A stretch of DNA of 64,000 nt from Acinetobacter phage Acj61. Made by a program: the position numbers and the translations under genes. A model generated the notes under the pieces. That model searched no databases, had not been told where the DNA came from, and worked only from the letters and a program-made list of their open reading frames with translations. Of this stretch, positions 51,801-61,245 are shown one piece after another (the stretch's first letter is position 1; every line of letters begins with the position of its first letter). The stretch lies in the sequence record GU911519.1. One strand, given 5' to 3'.

Positions 51801-52717
51801 CATTAAGTACTTTGAAAATCAAGTATGGTGCAACAGCAACTCCGGTTGAATTTGGTTCTGAAGGCGATACAAAATTCAATGGCAATGTAACCATTAGCAA
51901 AGCGTTAAATGTTGGAACTACATTAACTGTAACAAACAACATCAACACAGCTTCTGGGTTATATGCAATCAACAGCAAACCTGTTGTTCAAATCGCATCT
52001 AACGTATCAACGTTTGGCGACACATCCATTTCTACTTCTATTCGGAGCTCAGATGCTAATGCTATAACTGCGGTCGATGGAACTGGTGGATATGTTATTG
52101 TAACATCAAAGAATATGCAGACTCAATTGAATCCACTTTACGTTCGACGTGATGGGTCAACAATGAGTGGTCGTTTGACAAGTACAGCACCTTCTGTATT
52201 TGCTATCCCGCAAACTTCTGCTGCTATTCGTGATCCGCTGGATGCCTCAAACTTTGGTACATGGACTACTGAGATCACAACAGACACACTCTACAAGCAA
52301 TTACCGGGGTATGTCGTTCCAGTTCCAGACTTGAACAATGATACTGGTGAGCCAACAGGCTTCATCAAAGAGTACAAAGAATTTGCAGGTCCTGGTACTC
52401 TGTCTCAATTCGGTTCAAGCGCTTCAAATGGTTCCGGTACATATCAAATGTGGGCTCCACGTCCAACAGTTACGACTGATAACCACCAAGCTCAGACATT
52501 CTACATGCGTTCTTGGAACACAGTTAAAGGTCAATTTGATGGATGGGGACGAGTGTATACTTCGAACAACCCACCAACAGCAAATGAAATTGGTGCTATG
52601 TCTGATAATGGTTCAATCTTCTCTTCATTGAAGATTCGTGATTGGATTCAAATCGGTAATGTACGCATCTATGCTGACCCATTATCTCGTTCAGTTAAAT
52701 TTGACTGGATTGATTAA
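48863..52717 (+). CDS. 34: Long tail fibre proximal subunit gp34
   Basis: 1284 aa against 1289 aa in T4. It is the first gene of the 34-35-36-37 block after rnh, as in T4. Confidence 0.9.
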   Translation: MSELIKTKFRASYGLDAAGEKVVNVALADRTVMTDGVNVAYLIQENTLQKYDPTRSYPEGFAVIYQNRTWTAVRDTPNPAGPFDELYWKALRSDPKWIPINAGVRALEVGNYIAVDTAPGNDVELTLPSNAQTGDTIVVKDIGGRTGYASVIIKAGQQSIIDRGKQLQQAQMTVPYSEYVFVFVNRLWHLYNGSEADGVKYVTTAGLGELQASDVVVRQYDRLQPIKVRFPKYANSGDIIYFMGMNNINALEPYYHLELETADANSSIFEPGVKSRVIYRSLSGYFVFDSSTKTWILFDSDTTDRLRTVSGDTNLFPNETVSVVGTNNTDPSSLTLTLPKNVDAGAQITVALNYMRRGQTVNIATLAPDMILTSKELMQFPKRSKYPPEGNWVNTNKLTFNGAADYPPIITFAYIPMGPVGAPPVLGQWMVVENVPQLERVDPSTDATRARLGVIALATQDQANLNHEDITDASREIAITPETLANRTANKTRRGIARISTDAENQYPTNDSRYLDDVIVTPKMLNNKQATEIMRGIAEIADQGEANGSTDDARIITAKKLDARRANPDMAGVAPVVRAGGAPVTGTGKTRDDKGTLIYDFDDYSNIVTPKTLREYIATTLSLGSVYIATNAEVIAGTATDAKHPIVVTPADLHSKTATEARIGFSEIATQDETNAGTDDFRFITPRKLAGRGSSETMTGVVRIATQGEFDAGVLDNVFSSPLKVKTHFNSTARTTVDQTSGLRESGTLWGQYSLNILQSTEAQRGSLRVASQALTDAGVDDLTAVTPKKLQAKKATEAVEGIVQIADNAVTAAGASNSRAVSPQSLKYVMQDHIDWEATTTRRGTVKMTEGALTWSGNDTQGNTKPVDQFFKSGYAISPFEFISTLSHYLPIKGKAFDSDLLDGIDSTQFIRRDIDQVVDGALTLNKTLTTKNVVASGNSTVTIGTTGSGVLNDDQDKLLLTPPTHTAGPWKFAINDGALSTLKIKYGATATPVEFGSEGDTKFNGNVTISKALNVGTTLTVTNNINTASGLYAINSKPVVQIASNVSTFGDTSISTSIRSSDANAITAVDGTGGYVIVTSKNMQTQLNPLYVRRDGSTMSGRLTSTAPSVFAIPQTSAAIRDPLDASNFGTWTTEITTDTLYKQLPGYVVPVPDLNNDTGEPTGFIKEYKEFAGPGTLSQFGSSASNGSGTYQMWAPRPTVTTDNHQAQTFYMRSWNTVKGQFDGWGRVYTSNNPPTANEIGAMSDNGSIFSSLKIRDWIQIGNVRIYADPLSRSVKFDWID

Positions 52718-52727
52718 GGAGTAATCA

Positions 52728-53879
52728 ATGGCTGAAACACTAATGATGAACGTTGATAAAGATCTTATCAGCGTTCGCATGGTGTCAGAATCAAATTCTG
52801 TCGCCTATAAAATGAACATTGGAGTGCCTTCTTCAGGAAATCCTAAGAATGCATATTTGAAAATCAATGACAAAGAATTGCACAGTTCACCTGGTTCTGT
52901 TACATCATCAACAGGCTTGAACATTCGAACATTCAATACTCCCGATAAATGGAATGAAGTTAAAAATTTCACATTGAGTTCTAATGACGCTTCGACAATC
53001 AATACAGGTTTTATTGACTATATGAATAGCGTTACTGATAAACTTGTTGTGATTTATTCAGGAACAGCACTTCGATCTAGCGCTCGAATCGATGATTGGT
53101 TTGCTAGTGTTAGTTCAAAGAACTGGCCTGGTGCTGATCGATGTAATCGATTTAGTTTTACGTACATCGGATTGTACTCACCTTCTAAACGAAAAATTAT
53201 TGCCGAAGCTTACAAAGGCTACCATGATTTATTGCCAAACGATTCATTCAATACTCTCGAAGTTGTGTATGATTCATTAGATGACATTGGTGCTGTTGGA
53301 TTTGCTAAAAGTGCAGTGTATGATTCTAAAGAGTACGTGACGACATCAGAATATGAATTCGTTCGATATCCTACTGATGCTGGTCTTGTAGCTCCACTTG
53401 CGGATTATGGACTTCGTCCTAACTCGCTTGTTATGTTGTCAGGTGAATTATTTCAAAGTGCTGAACTTGTTGCAGCAGGACTTGTTACACGTCTGAATGT
53501 TCGATGGTATCGTGGTACTACTTTACGAGATTCATTTTCCATCTCGCCTCCTGTTGATGTCAAAGAGACTTGGTGGAAAATGCCAGACACGTTCTTGAAT
53601 ATCCCAGCTGACGCAGATGGATTCACTATCGTTGCAGCTCGATATCCTCGAAATGATGCATTAAATGCATTAGCTGGTATCAAGAACATTGCACTTACAG
53701 AAGTTGGTCGTAAAGATGAGAAATCTACCCCAGCATCGATTGGCGTTAATGGTATCAAAACCAACAATCTCGTTGAAGGTACAAATGCTCCTATGTTATT
53801 ACAACTTGTTGACCCAGAAACATTCGCAGTCAATAATGTCCCTGTGGTAGCACTACGAGAACTTGAACTAGAGTACTAG
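52728..53879 (+). CDS. 35: Long tail fibre hinge (knee) gp35
   Basis: 383 aa against 372 aa in T4. It is followed by a terminator hairpin at 53877-53892. Confidence 0.8.
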   Translation: MAETLMMNVDKDLISVRMVSESNSVAYKMNIGVPSSGNPKNAYLKINDKELHSSPGSVTSSTGLNIRTFNTPDKWNEVKNFTLSSNDASTINTGFIDYMNSVTDKLVVIYSGTALRSSARIDDWFASVSSKNWPGADRCNRFSFTYIGLYSPSKRKIIAEAYKGYHDLLPNDSFNTLEVVYDSLDDIGAVGFAKSAVYDSKEYVTTSEYEFVRYPTDAGLVAPLADYGLRPNSLVMLSGELFQSAELVAAGLVTRLNVRWYRGTTLRDSFSISPPVDVKETWWKMPDTFLNIPADADGFTIVAARYPRNDALNALAGIKNIALTEVGRKDEKSTPASIGVNGIKTNNLVEGTNAPMLLQLVDPETFAVNNVPVVALRELELEY

Positions 53880-53898
53880 GGACTTCGGTCCCTTTGTG
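53877..53898 (+). terminator. Terminator after gene 35
   Basis: AGGGACTTCGGTCCCT plus TTGTGG. Confidence 0.55.
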
Positions 53899-53932
53899 GT
53901 ATGCATAAATAAAAAATATAAGAGGATAAATT

Positions 53933-54631
53933 ATGGCTGAGTTAAAAACAGGCACAACGATTGGTGGTACACTCGTTTGGACCCAGGGAAATTTCCCATT
54001 GTATCCTACAGGGAATACACTTCTTTATAAGAGTTACATGATCTATTCTGAGTTCAACAAACCTCAGGCTGTAGACAATGACTTTGTATCAAAGGCTAAT
54101 GGCGGTACATATGGCGCAGCTCTGAATGCTAAATCACTAGGCATTACGAACACTGTTGGCAATGGGCAAGGTCTTAGCTTACATAACGGCGCTACTGATG
54201 GCGAACCAAACAATGGTATCCATTTTAGTAAGACCGCAGGACCTGCTGGTGGTAAGCACTCGTACGACAATATTACTTCGGATTGGGCTACGTATTTCAA
54301 GCATGATGCTGCATATCCATGGAATTTCAAAGTCGGCAGTAATGTCGTGGCTTATGTTTCTGGTAATGGCACAATTGTTGGGTCTCAAATGGTATCAATG
54401 CTCGGCGCTATCAACCCAGAACACCTTACACGAAAAGATTATGTTGACTCATTAATAAATACTACTACAAACAACGCTAACTCACGAGTTCTTAAAGCTG
54501 GTGATACAATGACAGGTACTCTGGTAACACCAGCAGTCGAGCTCAAAGCCGAAGCAGCAAATCCACTTCATGCAGCTCGTTTGAGCCAAGTCATTGTTAA
54601 AGGCACAGTACTAGATTACGGCGAATTTTAA
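53933..54631 (+). CDS. 36: Long tail fibre distal connector gp36
   Basis: 232 aa against 221 aa in T4, in syntenic position. Confidence 0.8.
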   Translation: MAELKTGTTIGGTLVWTQGNFPLYPTGNTLLYKSYMIYSEFNKPQAVDNDFVSKANGGTYGAALNAKSLGITNTVGNGQGLSLHNGATDGEPNNGIHFSKTAGPAGGKHSYDNITSDWATYFKHDAAYPWNFKVGSNVVAYVSGNGTIVGSQMVSMLGAINPEHLTRKDYVDSLINTTTNNANSRVLKAGDTMTGTLVTPAVELKAEAANPLHAARLSQVIVKGTVLDYGEF

Positions 54632-54640
54632 GGAATAATT

Positions 54641-57600
54641 ATGGCTTTAGACCCAAACATCGGAAGAATTAAGTTTCTTCGTACAAAGACTATCGGTCGC
54701 AAACCGACTACAAATGACATCCAAGAAGGCGAATTAGCTCTTAACCTTACTGATCGCACAATTTTTTCTCGTAGCGGCGATAATATTGTCGATCTTGGGT
54801 TTGGACGTGGCGGTAAAATTGAAGGTTCTATTACTGCTACTGGTGATATAACTTCGAATAATGCTAACTTCACTCGTGTGTATTCGACTAATTACTATTC
54901 ACCAAACAATTTCAAATTCTACACACCAAATAATGGTGCGCAGAATATTGTTGCAGGCGGCATAGGTGTCATGGGTGAGTATGCTAACGAAGGCAAGATT
55001 CCGGGTAACGGCATCTACTCACAAGGACAAATCAAAAGTGATTCGTCTGTAACTGCTCCTTCATTTGTTGGCGAATTGACAGGCAACTCTGCAACTACAT
55101 CAAAATTGAAAAATGCTGTTCGAATCAATAGTGTTCTTTTTGATGGTACTACAAACATCACAACTCCGGGTTATATCAACGTGATTGCTGATGACAATCT
55201 CACTATTCGTCCATCGCAATTGACTCCAGGCTCGTTAGGTGTTTATTTTGCTTCTATTGCTGGTCTAAATGGCGTAGCTGATAGTAATTTTGCAGACGTT
55301 TTAGCGATCAACACATATAAAGACAATACAGGCGGCCTGTTGTCAGGTTTAGCATTCCCGAAAACAGGTCTACAAAACCCTATCCATTATCGCACAGATT
55401 ATGGTTCAGCTACATGGGGCACAGGACGTCGTTTAGCATATCTCGATGATGACTCAACTGGTAACTCAGCAACAGCGTCTCGTTTGAATAAAACTACACG
55501 AATCGCGACAGTTCAAGCGGTGACTTGGTATCGTTTAGGTAAAGTCACAATTCCACAAAACGGGCGTACTCTTGCTATTCGAATGTATGGCGGTGTCGGA
55601 TACAATGGCTTGTCAAATCAATCCGCAGCAGCAACAGTCATTTTCAAAACTGGTAATGCTAACCCTGTTAACGCTGGCGTCGCTATGGACGTTCTCGACG
55701 GTACTTCAATTCCAGGACAAGTTGGGTTGCTTAAACTCGATGATAGCAACTATGAAATCTTTGTTCAATTTGGCGGATATTCAACATTCAACTGTGTAGT
55801 TGAAGAAGAAGAAGGTACAACGTGGACTTGGCAGTATGCTTCATATGCGACACTTCCTGCTGGCTTCCAAGCAGGTACAGTACGTGTTTTAGCACAAACT
55901 ACAAGTAACGTTTCATCTGCTACTCGCCTTCAGACTCCACGCACAATCAACGGTGTTAGCTTTAACGGTACTTCTGATATTACTATTGCGGATAATACTA
56001 AATTACCGTTAACTGGTGGTACTTTAACTGGCGGTTTAACTGCACCTAATCTTACGGTTACTGGTAGTACAAAATCTACTACGATTAATGCTAGTGGAAT
56101 GGGTAATTATTCCCCATCAGAGCAGGGCGCATACCTTTCATGGAATAGAAATAATGGATCGGGTAAAACTGACTTTATTAATAATAGAGGTGGTGGTCCA
56201 GGCGGTTTTGATTGGTGGAATGGAAACGAAAGTAGTTACACCCAGGTAATGACTCTAGACCAAAGCGGAGTATTATCAACTATAGGTGGTTTTAACGGTA
56301 ATGCTACTACTGCTACTAGTCTACAAACTGCAAGAACTATTAATGGCGTAGCATTTAACGGTACAGCAAATATCACTATTGCAGATTCCACAAAGTTACC
56401 AACGGCAGGCGGCACAGTTACAGGTGCATTGGCGGTTAATGGACTGCTGACGGCAAATGGTGGATTCAAAGGACATTATGTAGCAACTGACAACCGCGCT
56501 TTAGTGCCAAGTGCAACACCTAAAGGTGCGATTGGCGCCTATTTCACCTCGCAAGGTGGACTGACGGGCGCAGCCAATGCAGCCTATGGCGACCTGTTGA
56601 TGTTGAACTCCTACCATGACACATCAGGCGGCAATGCAAATGCTTTGTTCTTCTCCAAAGGTGGCAAGTCAATCTTTCACTACCAAGCATCGCAAGATGC
56701 AACAAGTTGGGGAGCCGCAAGTCAGCTTGCCTATGTGACCGACAATGTGGCTTCTGCAACCAAGTTAGCCACAGCCCGCACGATCAACGGTGTTAGCTTT
56801 GACGGTACATCCAATATTACTATTGCGGATAGTACTAAATTACCGTTAACTGGCGGCACAATTACAGGCAGTTTAAATGTAAGCGATACAATCACTATTA
56901 CAAATGTAGGTGATCAGGCAGGTGCATTTAAGAAACTTATTCAAGCTGATACTACTACGGATGGTGGATATCTTGCAGTAGGTAATAATGCTGCAGATAG
57001 AGGCTACGTTGAAATCGGCACTATTGATGATGCGGATGCAGAGATTTATGCTTCGCAGCGAACTAGTGCAAATGCTGTAATACGTAGAGCAAAATTATTA
57101 GATGGTGCTGGTAATACAAGCTTTCCGGGCAACCTATCTGCTAACTCTTTGGGTGTAAACAACACCTCAAACTCAAGTGGTTTAGGTGTTTCGCTTTACG
57201 ATGGTGCGACTGGTGGAATGCCTAGTTACGGTCTTGCGTTCTCAGGTACAGCAACCTTTGGTACGCATGGGGGTGTAGTTGGAGATTGGGCAACATACTT
57301 CACTATGAGCGGCGCGACAAACCGAGGGTGGATTTTCAAATCAGGTAATACAGCCGGAGGAAATGTTGCGTCTATATCAGCATCTGGCGTGATTACTGCA
57401 CCTCAATTTGTGGGCAATTTATCGGGAAATGCTGATACTGCGTCTAACGCTGTTGGTGTAGGTCAAAGCTGGTATGTTTATACTGCACCTACACGTGAGC
57501 AAAATACCTTATACACTAATACAACAGGTAGAACCATCACGGTTTCTATTTCTTTGGTTGCTATGGGTAACTATACAATGACTGTTGATATCAACGGCAC

Positions 57601-57745
57601 AGCTATGCAGGAACATGCGGTTAACACAAGCTCGAATAACGGCGGAATATTATATTTCCAAGTTCCACCAGGTCAAACGTACAAAGTTTATTTCACTAGA
57701 GCATCTAATGCAACACCTTTTCTGAAATGGGCAGAACTTAGATAA
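54641..57745 (+). CDS. 37: Long tail fibre distal subunit gp37 (receptor-binding)
   Basis: 1034 aa against 1026 aa in T4. It contains repeated RTINGVSFNGT..ITIAD.TKLPLTGGT modules. The distal half has shifted codon usage. Confidence 0.9.
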   Translation: MALDPNIGRIKFLRTKTIGRKPTTNDIQEGELALNLTDRTIFSRSGDNIVDLGFGRGGKIEGSITATGDITSNNANFTRVYSTNYYSPNNFKFYTPNNGAQNIVAGGIGVMGEYANEGKIPGNGIYSQGQIKSDSSVTAPSFVGELTGNSATTSKLKNAVRINSVLFDGTTNITTPGYINVIADDNLTIRPSQLTPGSLGVYFASIAGLNGVADSNFADVLAINTYKDNTGGLLSGLAFPKTGLQNPIHYRTDYGSATWGTGRRLAYLDDDSTGNSATASRLNKTTRIATVQAVTWYRLGKVTIPQNGRTLAIRMYGGVGYNGLSNQSAAATVIFKTGNANPVNAGVAMDVLDGTSIPGQVGLLKLDDSNYEIFVQFGGYSTFNCVVEEEEGTTWTWQYASYATLPAGFQAGTVRVLAQTTSNVSSATRLQTPRTINGVSFNGTSDITIADNTKLPLTGGTLTGGLTAPNLTVTGSTKSTTINASGMGNYSPSEQGAYLSWNRNNGSGKTDFINNRGGGPGGFDWWNGNESSYTQVMTLDQSGVLSTIGGFNGNATTATSLQTARTINGVAFNGTANITIADSTKLPTAGGTVTGALAVNGLLTANGGFKGHYVATDNRALVPSATPKGAIGAYFTSQGGLTGAANAAYGDLLMLNSYHDTSGGNANALFFSKGGKSIFHYQASQDATSWGAASQLAYVTDNVASATKLATARTINGVSFDGTSNITIADSTKLPLTGGTITGSLNVSDTITITNVGDQAGAFKKLIQADTTTDGGYLAVGNNAADRGYVEIGTIDDADAEIYASQRTSANAVIRRAKLLDGAGNTSFPGNLSANSLGVNNTSNSSGLGVSLYDGATGGMPSYGLAFSGTATFGTHGGVVGDWATYFTMSGATNRGWIFKSGNTAGGNVASISASGVITAPQFVGNLSGNADTASNAVGVGQSWYVYTAPTREQNTLYTNTTGRTITVSISLVAMGNYTMTVDINGTAMQEHAVNTSSNNGGILYFQVPPGQTYKVYFTRASNATPFLKWAELR

Positions 57746-57752
57746 ATGTGGT

Positions 57753-57800
57753 AATCGTGTATCATTCATTATAAATATTTTTTTTAAATGATACACGATT
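57753..57800 (+). promoter_or_regulatory. Late promoter TATAAATA (57770-57777) inside the 14-bp-arm inverted repeat AATCGTGTATCATT/AATGATACACGATT. A second TATAAATA lies at 57872-57879, upstream of t.
   Basis: Exact octamers. The hairpin arms are at 57753-57766 and 57787-57800. Confidence 0.5.
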
Positions 57801-57843
57801 AAAAATTAAAATGAATACTCAAGACAACAAACAACTAACACGA

Positions 57844-57870
57844 ACGGGGCTCAATTGAGTCCCGTTTTTC
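57844..57870 (+). terminator. Terminator after gene 37
   Basis: ACGGGGCTCAATTGAGTCCCGT plus TTTTTC. Confidence 0.7.
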
Positions 57871-57944
57871 GTATAAATATTATCATAAGTCATAAGACTG
57901 TAACTACCAAGTTAATCCTATCAACGCTACAAAAGTATATAACG

Positions 57945-58625
57945 ATGAGCACTGATAATAACCAAACACCAGAACAGAAAAACACAGGGATTCCAGTCTT
58001 CGACTTTATCTTCGGACTCCTTGATCGTATTTTCAAAGACAACGCTACTGGTAAAATTTTAGCGTCACGTGTCGTCGTTCTAATTGTTTTATTCGCAATG
58101 GGTATCATTTGGACCAAAGGTGACCAATATTTGGCACTGTATAAAGAGTCGAGATACGAGACCTACGCAGCTATAATGCAAAAAGATAAAGACGCACGAT
58201 TCGAAACTGTAGCATTAGAACAACTACAAATTGTTCACGTTTCAAGCGGAGCAGACTTTTCAGCTGTGTACTCTTTCCGCCCAAAGAACTTTAACTATTT
58301 TGTAGATTTGATCGCGTATGAAGGACAACTACCCGCATCTGTTGACCCGAAGAACCTAGGCGGGTTCCCTATTGATAAGACTTCAAACGAATATAGTAAA
58401 CATTTATCTGGCTCTTCTTTCAGTAGTGAAAATGAGTTCAAATATTTGCCGACTACTGATCATGAAGTTGGAGTGAAGTACATGTACTCATGCCCGTATT
58501 TCAACATGGACAATGTCTATTCAGGAACAGTCGCAATGTACTGGTTTTCGAAGCCAGTACATTCTGAAGAAAAATTAAGTGCGATCTGTGGTCAAGCGGT
58601 GAGGGCGTTAGGAAGAGCTCGTTAA
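57945..58625 (+). CDS. t: Holin T
   Basis: About 226 aa from MSTDNNQ. It is near-identical to T4 T in its conserved blocks (LDRIFKDNATGKILASRV, FETVALEQLQIVHVSSGADFSAVYSFRPKN, YMYSCPYFN). It has a single TM segment. Confidence 0.9.
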   Translation: MSTDNNQTPEQKNTGIPVFDFIFGLLDRIFKDNATGKILASRVVVLIVLFAMGIIWTKGDQYLALYKESRYETYAAIMQKDKDARFETVALEQLQIVHVSSGADFSAVYSFRPKNFNYFVDLIAYEGQLPASVDPKNLGGFPIDKTSNEYSKHLSGSSFSSENEFKYLPTTDHEVGVKYMYSCPYFNMDNVYSGTVAMYWFSKPVHSEEKLSAICGQAVRALGRAR

Positions 58626-58900
58626 GCAGTTTTGACAGTATTGGTGTACATGGCCAATTTGCGATAGATTGGTTCATGTCCCATGTTGAATTCTTCGATC
58701 AATTGTTTCTTCTGAGAAGTAGTGATTTCTTGAGTCAACATGTAAAGATTTGCTGAAGTAACTTTCTTGCCTTGGATTGTGATCTCAAGTTCGTTGAGAT
58801 ATGCAATGAACAAGTTGTGGTTTTCAAGAATGTCATCAAAACCGAATTTGATTAAGATTGAAGCAACGGCAATGATTTCAGCTAAAGTATTGAATAACAT
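58622..58900 (-). CDS. asiA: Anti-sigma70 factor AsiA
   Basis: 92 aa against 90 aa in T4. VASILIKF, IAYLNE and AMYTN blocks are conserved. Confidence 0.9.
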   Translation of the reverse strand: MLFNTLAEIIAVASILIKFGFDDILENHNLFIAYLNELEITIQGKKVTSANLYMLTQEITTSQKKQLIEEFNMGHEPIYRKLAMYTNTVKTA

Positions 58901-58930
58901 AATAAGGATTCCTTTAAAATTGAGTTAGAG

Positions 58931-59572
58931 TTAAGCGGTTTCGATTAATGCATCGATGATGTTGACAATGTTGTCTTCAGTACATTCGATATCGAAATAA
59001 GTTTGAGCAGGTGTTTGTCGATATTTCATGCCAATTGATGCAAGTTTCTCGACAACTTTATCAGATGGTTTTCTACCAACTACTCGTACTTCGCCTTTGT
59101 TTTTGATTTCGAGTGCTCCAACTGAAGAGATTCGTTTAGCAAATAAGATTAAAAAATTGCTTCGATCTACGACAGTGTTCTTCACTTCGATTTTGTCTGT
59201 TAAATATTCGAGTGCAAAATCTTTGAACGCTTCCATACATTCATGAATTTCTCGTTTCTTACGAGTACCTTTAGCTTCAAGAAGTTCTGGTCGTTCTGAT
59301 TCAACCCAAGCTTTTGCTGCAGCTTCGATTGCATCATCACCTTCAGGCGTTGTCAAGAATTTGTCTACAGAGATTTCAACCAGGTTTAACGCTGAGTTCT
59401 GCATCTTAGTTAGAGATGATATAACATCAATAACATCAGATTCGATGATATCTGCAATCATCTGAGGAGTCTGAAATGACTGTTTGTACAACTCTTTCAG
59501 AATTTTGTAATCCAATTCGACAAGTTGACCTTTATCTCCAAGGATTTGATTTAAGTAATCAATCTGCTTCAT
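58931..59572 (-). CDS. motA: Middle-transcription activator MotA (probable)
   Basis: 213 aa against 211 aa in T4. It lies between asiA and gene 52, as in T4. Direct sequence resemblance is only weak. Confidence 0.55.
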   Translation of the reverse strand: MKQIDYLNQILGDKGQLVELDYKILKELYKQSFQTPQMIADIIESDVIDVISSLTKMQNSALNLVEISVDKFLTTPEGDDAIEAAAKAWVESERPELLEAKGTRKKREIHECMEAFKDFALEYLTDKIEVKNTVVDRSNFLILFAKRISSVGALEIKNKGEVRVVGRKPSDKVVEKLASIGMKYRQTPAQTYFDIECTEDNIVNIIDALIETA

Positions 59573-59594
59573 AATAATTTATCCATATTTGATT

Positions 59595-59634
59595 TGATAA
59601 GACTATAATAACACAAGTCAAAGCGTTTGTAAAC
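59595..59634 (-). promoter_or_regulatory. Early promoter upstream of motA
   Basis: Minus strand: GTTTAC-N17-TGTTATTATAGTCTTATCA. Confidence 0.5.
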
Positions 59635-59647
59635 CGTTACATACCAC

Positions 59648-59672
59648 AAAAAGGGACCAATTGGTCCCTTTT
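59648..59672. terminator. Bidirectional terminator after gene 52
   Basis: AAAAGGGACCAATTGGTCCCTTTTT. Confidence 0.7.
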
Positions 59673-59675
59673 TAA

Positions 59676-61073
59676 TCATTTAGATAACTCATCTAAATCT
59701 TTTTCATATTCGATCTGAACTGTGGTCTCTTTCCAATAATCGAGTTCAGTTTTTGCGGCGTGTGCGGCTTCACGAAGACGAACAACTTCATCATCAGTCA
59801 AATGATAGAGATTCATTGCCAATAGTTGATCTTCAAAGCCTTGGAAAACCGAGATTTTCGAAAGTTCTTCTTTCAACTCAGATTTTTTCTTGCCTTTGAT
59901 GACGGTCTCACCATTGTTGACTGTTTTGATGAACATCGCCTTGGCAATAGCCAATTTGAATTGACGTTCGGTTTTGTTGATCATGAATTCGATACGTCCT
60001 TTGACATATTTCTTTCGTACTTCAACAAAGTACTTGATCAAATCTGATGCATTTTCAAATTTGTCGTTGAGTTTACCATTTTCATCGATGACTACGATGT
60101 ATTGAGGTACCTTTTCAGTAAGTTTGAAATCTCGCATGATTTTTTCATGCATCAAACCTTCATCTTCTGGCAACTTATAGTCCTTACGGAATTTGACCTT
60201 GAATCCGAAGCCATGCTTAGAACAGTCATCATCATATGTGATGAAGCCTTTGTCTTCTAATGGATCGAGAACTTTTTCAACGTACTTAGCACGATCGAAT
60301 GAGTATGGAATTTCAGAGATGTACATCTGAGTTTTTGAAGTGAATTTGTATACACCTTGTAACTCATATTTGCCATCTTCAGTTTTGACAATGTTACCGT
60401 TGAACTGCGGGAATGCAACTTCTGGTTCCTTGTCTAATTTGCCTTGAAGAGCCAATCGAGTACACTCAATCACAGATTCAAGACTGTGTGGCAAGATTGA
60501 AGTCGAATAACCTGTTGCAATACCACGTACACCGTTCAATAGAACTGTTGGGATGACTGGCAAATAATGTTTTGGCGGCAAGTGCTCTTCGTCTTCGTGT
60601 TGTGGAGCGATTTCGATGTCTTTGAACACTTTTCGGAAGTTGTCAGAGATTCGACAGAAAATATAACGAGATGCTGCAGCTTCTTGTACTAATCGAGAAC
60701 CAAAGTTACCTTGTCCATCTAAGAATGGGAAGTTGTTGTTCCATGTGTTTGCCATCAAAGCACCAGCTTCTTGAGCCGAGTTTTCACCATGGTGATAACC
60801 AGCGTCAGCAACACCACCAGCAACAGATGCTAATTTGTGGAATTTTTGATGATTGCCTTTAGCCATTTCGAGTGCACGATAAACCATGAAACGTTGAACT
60901 GGCTTGAAGCCATCCATTAAGTTCGGAATTGCTCGGTTTTCGACAGTATAAATTGCATAAGCCAATGCTTCGTTATTGATAATGCTATCTAATTCGCGAT
61001 CTACACTATTCATTTGAACTCCTGATTTGATAGTGGAAAAATTTACTGCAACCGAAGTTGCAGTTTGAATCAT
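59676..61073 (-). CDS. 52: DNA topoisomerase II medium subunit gp52 (GyrA-like)
   Basis: 465 aa against 442 aa in T4. It has the GyrA N-terminal signature (AIPNLMDGFKPVQRFMVY). Confidence 0.9.
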   Translation of the reverse strand: MIQTATSVAVNFSTIKSGVQMNSVDRELDSIINNEALAYAIYTVENRAIPNLMDGFKPVQRFMVYRALEMAKGNHQKFHKLASVAGGVADAGYHHGENSAQEAGALMANTWNNNFPFLDGQGNFGSRLVQEAAASRYIFCRISDNFRKVFKDIEIAPQHEDEEHLPPKHYLPVIPTVLLNGVRGIATGYSTSILPHSLESVIECTRLALQGKLDKEPEVAFPQFNGNIVKTEDGKYELQGVYKFTSKTQMYISEIPYSFDRAKYVEKVLDPLEDKGFITYDDDCSKHGFGFKVKFRKDYKLPEDEGLMHEKIMRDFKLTEKVPQYIVVIDENGKLNDKFENASDLIKYFVEVRKKYVKGRIEFMINKTERQFKLAIAKAMFIKTVNNGETVIKGKKKSELKEELSKISVFQGFEDQLLAMNLYHLTDDEVVRLREAAHAAKTELDYWKETTVQIEYEKDLDELSK

Positions 61074-61245
61074 TATAAACTAATTTCCGAACAGCTATTT
61101 GACTAGCTTAAAGCATACTATGAAGAATATGATGTTCGTTAAAATGAATGGGACAACAAAATTCAGGTTATTGAAGTCCATTGCTGGCGTTGCCTTGTGA
61201 ATTGACGCATACAAAACCATTAGAACCATTGCCAAAATTTGATTA

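Noticed and set aside
54641-57745. The repeated RTINGVSFNGT modules in gene 37 as an independent repeat or mobile element
   Set aside because: They are in frame and translated as part of the fibre shaft. They are better explained as intragenic domain duplications (reported as a finding) than as a separate element.
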